A stretch of 64,000 bases of DNA from positions 1,612,001 through 1,676,000 of the forward strand of contig OZ024761.1 in NCBI GenBank assembly GCA_964016885.1. The letters run 5' to 3'. Below the pieces are notes generated by a model. The model did not search any database. It saw only the letters and a program-made list of their open reading frames with translations, and had not been told where the DNA came from. Position numbers and translations under genes: made by a program. Shown here one piece after another: positions 54,770-64,000 of the stretch (positions are counted from its first letter, which is position 1; the number at the start of each line of letters is the position of its first letter). The stretch is from Eledone cirrhosa. Its lineage: Eukaryota.

Positions 54770-56058
54770 CAATCATCAGACAGTGGCCATACTGGGGCAC
54801 AATCATTAGACAGTGGCCATACTGGAGCACTACACTCTTTTACTGCTTTCAGTCAATAGACGGTGGCCATACTGGGGCACTACACTCTTTTACTGCTTTC
54901 AGTTATTAGACAGTGGCCATACTAGGGCACAATCATTAGAGAGTGGCCATACTGGGGCACAATCATTAGACAGTGACCATATTGGAGCACTACACTATTT
55001 TACTGGTTTCAATCATTAGACAGTGGCCATACTGGGGCACTATGCTCTTTTACTGGTTTCAATCATTAGGCAGTGGCCATACTGGGGCACTATGCTCTTT
55101 TACTGGTTTCAATCATAAGACAGTGGCCATACTGGGGCACTATGCTCTTTTACTGGTTTCAATCATTAGGCAGTGGCCATACTGGGGCACTATGCTCTTT
55201 TACTGGTTTCAATCATTAGGCAGTGGCCATACTGGGGCACTATGCTCTTTTACTGGTTTCAATCATAAGACAGTGGCCATACTGGGGCACTATGCTCTTT
55301 TACTGGTTTCAATCATAAGACAGTGGCCATACTGGGGCACTATGCTCTTTTACTGGTTTCAATCATAAGACAGTGGCCATACTGGGGCACTATGCTCTTT
55401 TACTGGTTTCAATCATAAGACAGTGGCCATACTGGGGCACTATGCTCTTTTACTGGTTTCAATCATAAGACAGTGGCCATACTGGGGCACTATGCTCTTT
55501 TACTGGTTTCAATCATTAGGCAGTGGCCATACTGGGGCACTATGCTCTTTTACTGGTTTCAATCATAAGACAGTGGCCATACTGGGGCACTATGCTCTTT
55601 TACTGGTTTCAATCATAAGACAGTGGCCATACTGGGGCACTATGCTCTTTTACTGGTTTCAATCATAAGACAGTGGCCATACTGGGGCACTATGCTCTTT
55701 TACTGGTTTCAATCATTAGACAGTGGCCATACTGGGGCACTATGCTCTTTTACTGGTTTCAATCATTAGGCAGTGGCCATACTGGGGCACTATGCTCTTT
55801 TACTGGTTTCAATCATAAGACAGTGGCCATACTGGGGCACTATGCTCTTTTACTGGTTTCAATCATTAGGCAGTGGCCATACTGGGGCACTATGCTCTTT
55901 TACTGGTTTCAATCATAAGACAGTGGCCATACTGGGGCACTATGCTCTTTTACTGGTTTCAATCATTAGGCAGTGGCCATACTGGGGCACTATGCTCTTT
56001 TACTGGTTTCAATCATAAGACAGTGGCCATACTGGGGCACAATCATTAGACAGTGACC
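54770..56058. repeat. Highly homogeneous 50-bp minisatellite (about 25 units)
   Basis: cagtggccatactggggcactatgctcttttactggtttcaatcat(a/t)ag(a/g). Confidence 0.97.
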
Positions 56059-56171
56059 GTAGGATATTCAAATAAATTTAAGGTAAAAGACTAATTGTCA
56101 GCGATATCTTTTGCATTTGTATTTATATTCTATATCCATACCTGCATTGTTCTGGCATTCTAACTCCAAAC

Positions 56172-56270
<99 letters not shown>

Positions 56271-56672
56271 CATTGGTTAAGTTTAACTACTGGGAAAGTG
56301 AAACTAATTTTTATGACAAGTGAATGTATTTGTTTGTTTTTTTTTACACTGAAAATTACGATACAGTTTGTTTATTTACAACAGGTCTCTATAGTGATAT
56401 GGTGTTAATTAGTATTGCGTGTGTGATTATTTTCTCATATATATATGTGTGGGTGTGTATATGTGTGTCTGTATGTATATATATATATGTGTGTTTGTAT
56501 ATATATATATGTGTTTGTGTCATCATCATCGTTTAGATGTTTTTGTAATATCTTGCCAAAGTTGGCACCAACTTTCTGTCCCCCAAAGAAATTAAGGCCG
56601 GGTCATAAGAAGGACAGAGAATGATTGATGATGATGATGATATATATATATGTAACTGTATATTTGTGTGGT

Positions 56673-57394
56673 TGTAACGATAAGTGGATGGATATAACTG
56701 TTGGTATGGTGGTTTCAATGTAAAGAAAAATACCAGGATTGTGTTGTTACAAAGTTTATTTTATTATAACAATATTCAATTTGAATATTGGATGATAAAA
56801 TCAATAACACAAAATATTCGTACAATAATTTGGTGGCTCTTCGAGCCACGTAAATACAAGTATCACAGAATAAGATTATAATATAATTTGTATAGCATCC
56901 GAAAGATACAACGTGAATAATCAGAAATGGTGCGCGTGAAGATGCAAACAGTGTGAACTTACTATGAATGCATGTGTGCGTATCAGTATATTTGCTTGTT
57001 TTAGTAGTAGGAGTCAGCGATCAGCCAGGCAGGTGAGAATAAGTGACAGACTGGTATTTCGTGACGAGAGCTTGTAAATGCCACTTGTCTTGTCTGTATA
57101 TCACTTCTTTTCTGTTGGGGCGTAAACAACCCCTGTATTTATAAGAGTTGAAGTTAGAAGGATAGATATATCCTCTGAACTTTGGTTAGAGTCTCCCAAG
57201 AGATTAGTTTGCCAAGAGTAAACAACTCAGAAAGATGGATATATCCTCTGACCTATTTTCTGTCAGGCGTAAACACCTCTGACCTGTGTTTAGCATCCCC
57301 CAGGGGGTTAGTATCTTGAGCGTAAACAACTTACTACGACTTGTCCCAGAGGCGGGAAAGCTCAGATTCGGTTTCGAATCTTCGCCGCCGTTAT
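56673..57394 (-). mobile_element. Possible solo LTR
   Basis: tgtaacg...cgttata termini, TATAAATA on minus at about 57137-44 and AATAAA on minus at about 56755-65. Confidence 0.3.
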
Positions 57395-57748
57395 ATATAT
57401 ATAACGAAGGAGGTGTGGTAAGGAACCAGAAGGACCATAATGCACCAGAGTACTCAATATATAAATATATATATATCAGTGGCAAAGGGTAACCTGGAAA
57501 GCAGGGTATGCAGTCCAATCGCCATGGCGGAAAGTATGAAAGTTGGCCTAGTTTCATACACAATCCTTAGAATTTGCTGTTTAGATTTCACTTTCAACGC
57601 TTGACCGGCTCCACCCACTCCCTCATTGCTCTACAGGCAAGTTCAGCCATCCCCACCTCCCACCCACTGCCATGATAGACTTAATTGTGTTTACCAGGAA
57701 TTTTTGACCAATCCTCTTGACAACTACAATCTTCCCATATAAGGAAGT

Positions 57749-57844
57749 ACCCCTTGAAAAGTTCGGCTATTTATTTACCAGGCTAAAAATTCTAATTTAG
57801 TTCAGAAATAGCCGTCGAAACGGCTTGAGCTCTACCGTCGGGGT
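57749..57844 (+). ncRNA. Type I hammerhead, U3-A8 core variant, with well-formed stems
   Basis: acccc-TTGAAAA-gtt-cggctattt...aaatagccg-tc-GAAACGG..CCGTC-ggggt. Confidence 0.75.
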
Positions 57845-57864
57845 CATACATTTTCCTATATATA

Positions 57865-60800
57865 TCATCATCATCATCATCATCATCATCATCTTCGTTT
57901 AACGTCCATTTTCCACGCTAGCATGGGTTAGACGGGAGTTGAGGCAAGGCTGGTCGGGTGACCGTGTCTCGCTCATATAGAACTATCTGGCAGGTTTTCT
58001 ACGGCTGGATGCCCTTCCTAACACCAACCACATTTACAGTGTGGAACTGGGAACTTTTTACCGTGTTACCTACACGGCCACATTACAGCGTGGGCTGTGT
58101 GTTTTGTTTTTTTTTGCCGTGACACCTACACGAACTCGATCTCATTTTCTCATGCTGTTGGTGGGAGTGGGAGGATAGTGTAGGGGTAGTAGATTGGGGT
58201 GTATATTTGGTTAAGAGGTGCCTACTGACTGTAGGTTTCGCTTTGTACATAGGCAAGGTGGGTCTTCTGTATTACTGCATAGCACCAAAGATCTCGGTCC
58301 AGAGACATTGTCTTAGAGAGATGTAAGTGTGTAAGCTCGGAATTTATCAGATCATCCCAGGTTTTTCTGGGTCTACCTACTCCGTAACTACCATCAATTT
58401 TGATCGCCCTGCACTTTTTTTATACAACTGTCGTCTTTCATGCGCATCACATGGCCATACCAATGTAGTCTTCTCTCAAGTAAACAGCATCTGATCCCTC
58501 TTATTCCTAATTTCTCACTTAGTTCATATATGCTTTGCCGTTCACGTATATTACTATTACACATCCAACGGAGCATGCATGCTTCATTCCTTTCCAGCAT
58601 ACGCAGGTCCTCTGCACGTAATGCCCATGCCTCACTGCCATGTAGCATTGCTGTTCGTATACAGGCATCATACAATCTGCCTTTCATTTTTAGAGAGAAA
58701 CCTTTTGTGGCCAACAGCGGTATAAGCTCTCTGAACTTTTTCCATCCCGTTCTGATTCTGGCTACTGTACTTTCAGAACACCCTCCACCACTGTTGATTT
58801 TGTCACCCAGGTAACGGAAAGTGTCTACTATTTCTATAGAACCATCTGGTCAATGGAAGGAGCTACTATCCATTGGACACTTGCTACTTATTGCACCTGA
58901 GCATTGGCCACATATAAAGTCTACGTTCTTAGATAGTTTACCTGTGATCCCACTACATCTTTTATGTACCCATACTTTGCATTTGGGACATAAAATGGAA
59001 TTTCTGCCTACTCCTTTCCTACAGACTGAGCATGGCCATTTCCCTGAGGGCACCTGTGCCCTATTTTTCTTTCTACAAACTAGAACTTTAGTCTTAGACA
59101 AGTTAACTTTAAGGCCTTTTGATTCTAGGCCATGCTTCCATGTTTCGAATTTCTTCTCTAGTTCAGCCATTGATTCAACTATGAGCGTAAGATCATCTGC
59201 GTATAGGAGTTCCCATGGGCAGCCGGTCTTGAACTCCTCTGTTATAGCCTGAAGGGCAATAATAAATAAGAGGGGGCTAAGGACAGAGCCTTGATGAACG
59301 CCAACTTTTACACTAAATTCTTCACAATATTCATTGTTAATTCTAACCTTACTGACTGTTTCATTATACATAGCTTGTATAGCTCTCACCAGCCATTCAT
59401 CTACACCTAGTTTTCTAAGAGCCCACCAGATAATGGAGAGGGGGACTCTGTCAAAAGCTTTCTCCAGGTCTACAAAAGCTAAGTAGAGAGGTTTACTTTT
59501 AGCTAGGTACTTCTCTTGTAGTTGTCGTACAAGGAAAAGAGCGTCTGTGGTACTTTTACCTGACACAAACCCGAGCTGCATTTCATCTAGATCAATTCGC
59601 TCTCTGATTAGTTGCGCTATAACTCTTTCTGTGACCTTCATGACCTGGTCAACTAACTTAATGCCTCTATAGTTTCCCCTATCTAGAGCATCCCCTTTAC
59701 CCTTGTAGCAGTTAATGATGATGCTGCTACGCCAGTCTTTCGGTATGACCCCATTCTGTATTACTTGGTTAACTATACGGGTGACCATAGTGTGTCCCAC
59801 CATACCAGATGCCTTCAACATCTCAGCAACTACCTCCGAAGGCCCAGCTGCCTTGCCTGTCTTCATATATTTGATTGCCTTACTTATTATACTACCTTTA
59901 ACTTGCACCGCTGGTCCTTCTATTGGATCGATTTGGGGCAGACTATCTTTTTCCCATTTATTCTCCTCATTTAATAGTCTCTCGTAGTGACACTTCCAGG
60001 CTTATCAGTATCAGTGAGCGCAAGTACACCATTATCATTACGGACACACTTCTTCCCGACAATATCACGGTTTTCCTTGACACATTGTCTAGCAATCCTG
60101 AACACCTCACGTTTTTGGTCCTCACGTTGCAGAACATGCTTGAACTTTCTATCCTCTTCTACCCTTTTTGCAAGGTACACTTGTCTCCTAGCTTCTCTCC
60201 TGGCCACTTGATAGTGCTCTCTACTTCCCCCATCCTGCCATCCTTTCCAAGCCTGCTTTTTGGCCTTGATTGTCTCTTCCACCTCACTGTTCCACCACCA
60301 AGTTACTCTGCTCCTGCCAATAGGTCTGCTCCAGCCACAGATTTCATCCGTTGCTTTCAGCAGGTTTTCTTTCAAGAATTGCCACTGTTCCTCTCTATTG
60401 CACGTCTCTAATTGCTCTTCCTTATTGTCAAGGGCAACAAATAATAAGCTTTTAAATTTGTCACTGGCTATGGGGTCCTTCAACATCCATATTCTTCTCC
60501 TCAAGGTAGGCCTCCTCTGTCGTCGAGTACGTCTATTTATGACTATGAGGTCACTAACTACAAGGCTATGTTGGGAGATGCATTCTTCATGGGGGAGGGA
60601 TTTAGTGTTTACAACAGACACTTTGTCCCGTCTTCTAGTAAAGATATAATCTATCTGGCTGGCGTGTTCCCCTGATCTATAGGTGATCAAGTGGTTTTCA
60701 CGTTTTTTGAAGTTTGTGTTACAGATAGTTAGGTTATTGGCGTCACAGAATTCCAGGATTCTGAAGCCTTCCTCATTTCTATTTTCAACTCCATAGCCTC

Positions 60801-61410
60801 CATGGATTCCATCATAGCCATCACTATGTTGTCCAACGTGACTGTTTAGATCGCTAGCAATAATTAAGTAGTCACTGTCGGTTATTTGGGAGGTAGTGTG
60901 CATTAGCATCTAATAGGTAGACCAGATTGGGGTGCATAAGCAGATATTATTGTCACAGTAATTCTATTTAGAACTAGTCTTAATTCAATTATTCTGTCAT
61001 TCACTCTATTTACGTCAATTACCTTATCTACCCATTTTTCAGCTAACATAATTCCTACACTACCCTGTCCGTTGTCATTTCCCACCCAGAAAAGTTTATA
61101 GCATCGTTTTTTACCCACGATGAATCTGGCAGAGCCCCCTCTCCACCTAGCCTCTTGAATACAACAAACATCAACTTCTTTATGTTCAAGCATCTCTACA
61201 ACCTCATTTGAGCGTCCTTTCAATTTTCGTACGTTCATGGTACCAACTCTGAAGTTGGGAGGGTGGGATGGATGGGTTGGAGGGGCAGGGAGGGGTGTGG
61301 GAGACGAGATTTTGTTGGTCATCTGCGTCTGAAATAAAGAGGGGTCCTTGTATTCTCGTCTTGCAGCAGGAGGTGAATTTGTCTTTATCTGTGACATTGT
61401 CATTGAGTGC
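57865..61410 (-). mobile_element. Near full-length RTE-clade LINE (APE + RT + PHD-like finger), frameshifted
   Basis: ORFs at 60903-61421, 59971-60909, 58850-59908 (FVDLEKAFD, GVHQGSVLSP, YADD) and 58394-58714, with an (atg)n tail. Confidence 0.95.
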
Positions 61411-62300
<890 letters not shown>

Positions 62301-62338
62301 ATATATATATATTATATATTTATTATATATATATATTA

Positions 62339-63663
62339 CTAGCTGGCCTTTCCGGCTGGTGCCCGGCTAAGTATACCGGCATTTTATCTTTTCAGGAAAG
62401 ATACCGCATGCCCTCTCAAGTAAGCGAGGGGAGGGGGCGGTTAATGTGCTCTGGTGTTGGGTTTCAATAGTTTTTAAGATTCCCCACTTCAGCAGCCAGT
62501 ACGTTAAAGAAAATTGATAGTTACAACAATAAAGGCTGAACAGAGAACACATTTTTTAACAAACAATAATTTGTACAACCATATTGGAATTCCAAGTAAC
62601 AGAAAATATTTAAATTACATTGTTAGAGCCTCAGAGTATAAAATATTTTTTGTTCAGCCCTCCGGAGCAAAGATGAAGAGATTGTTTGGTGAGCTCACCC
62701 TAGAGCATCCTACATACAATTGACCATGGGAGAATCACTGATTTCATAGCTCGTCTCGCAGAGAAGCTCTGTAGACGTTGACCTCTGGACACTCCTGTTA
62801 GGAGTAGATAAGCTGTAGTGACTTAGAGGCCTACCACCAATCTCCAGGACTCTGTTTTCAAGACAAATGAGCGCCTCATTGAAAACGACATTGTATGTTA
62901 GGTTTGGATTGTGTCTGCGTGTGTGGTGGAGGATGTCCTCAGCTAGACTTTCGCGGTGGTTGTTCCACATTGCGAGAGGGTCGGCGAGATCGCAGTTGTG
63001 CAGCATAATAGCAAAAGGTTTTCGCAGCTGAGAAGGGACTTTAGCTATTTAGCAGGGTGAGGTGTCAATGGCTGTCATCATGTAACATACCACGCATCTG
63101 GCAAGCCTAACAGTAAGTGGAACATTGATGGCCATTGATGGTTCTCAGATCTTGGAAAGACTGTGGTCCTCTAACCTCGAACAGTAACAATGACGATAAG
63201 CCGTCTGTGCTTTCATGAAATAAATAGGTTTTTGTTTTTGTGTATGCAAAAATATCTGTACACGAATATATATATTAAAATAACAGATTAAAGTTTAAGC
63301 AAAGAATCGCTGCTTTCACGGGATCTTCTGAAACTAAAAATATAAATTTGTGAACGCAGAAGTAAATATTTCGAAAAACGTTATCTAATGCAGACAGCTA
63401 GACATACAGACTAAGAAAAAGAGGGGAATGTTGTGTGACGTCATAAGAAAAGTGAGGAATGACGTATAACCGGAAGTGTTGACGTTTGAAATTTTAAAGA
63501 AGTGAATATTTAAATAATGTCTTTAATCATTCAGTAGACAAAAATACCCTCACTTTTTTACTTGGAAAAAGTTACATCTATGGTGCAAATTTGGTGCTGT
63601 TTGGTCTAGCCGTTTGGCGGAAAGTTTGTTACCTACATACGGCCATCAGCTTTATAGTATAGA
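62339..63663 (-). mobile_element. Non-autonomous Helitron
   Basis: 5' TC and 3' hairpin + CTAG, inserted at A|T. Rep-Hel remnants LLLFEVRGPQSFQDLRTING and LR..FAIML.NC..DPL.MW. Confidence 0.92.
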
Positions 63664-63730
63664 TATATATATATTATATATCTATTATATATATATATTA
63701 TATATGTATATTATATATATATATTATATA

Positions 63731-63803
<73 letters not shown>

Positions 63804-63818
63804 CACTTCTCATTTCAG

Positions 63819-63968
63819 AGACAGTTTCGGTATTTTTTGGCAAATCTAAGGAACCCTTTTGTAAATCAATATGTACAACCAGACCTTTGAGCTGTTCAGG
63901 GGATGTAAACTCTTGGTCTATTTCTATAAAAGGAGAGGGTGCCTGTATCGAAACATTATCATTATCAG
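63819..63968 (+). CDS. Host gene exon 4 (candidate)
   Basis: cttctcatttcag acceptor, 150 nt, phase 1-1, open frame KTVSVFFGKSKEPFCKSICTTRPLSCSGDVNSWSISIKGEGACIETLSLSG. The GTCTGT donor is weak. Confidence 0.6.
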
Positions 63969-64000
63969 GTCTGTTGATCTTTATTCATTCAAACTTTAGT

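Overview
This is AT-rich eukaryotic DNA, not prokaryotic. It is most likely a mollusc, probably an octopod cephalopod; that call is an inference from the SINE, RTE and (TA)n/(CA)n landscape. Nearly all ORFs in the track are microsatellite or antisense artefacts. The only host gene I can support is on the + strand, with four phase-1 exons (50610-50700, 51979-52128, 54600-54731, 63819-63968) encoding a signal peptide, a Cys-rich EGF-like module and a possible galactose-binding-like domain. It continues past the window end. The rest is mobile DNA: R4/Dong, Tx1, CR1 and RTE LINEs, tRNA-derived SINEs, piggyBac-type MITEs, two deleted Helitrons, a non-coding Gypsy-type LTR element and several TE-derived minisatellites. 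The main signal is a hammerhead-ribozyme/Penelope system. Several families of RT + GIY-YIG Penelope-like elements (Naiad-like) sit in (TA)n tracts as asymmetric palindromes. About 20 type I hammerhead motifs can be folded by eye, including U3-A8 covariant cores, a C4 variant and stem II insertions of 35-90 nt. Three non-coding 430-590 bp hammerhead units (retrozyme-like) insert with the same geometry. Two of them carry an snRNA-type octamer and a hairpin plus T-run at their 3' end.
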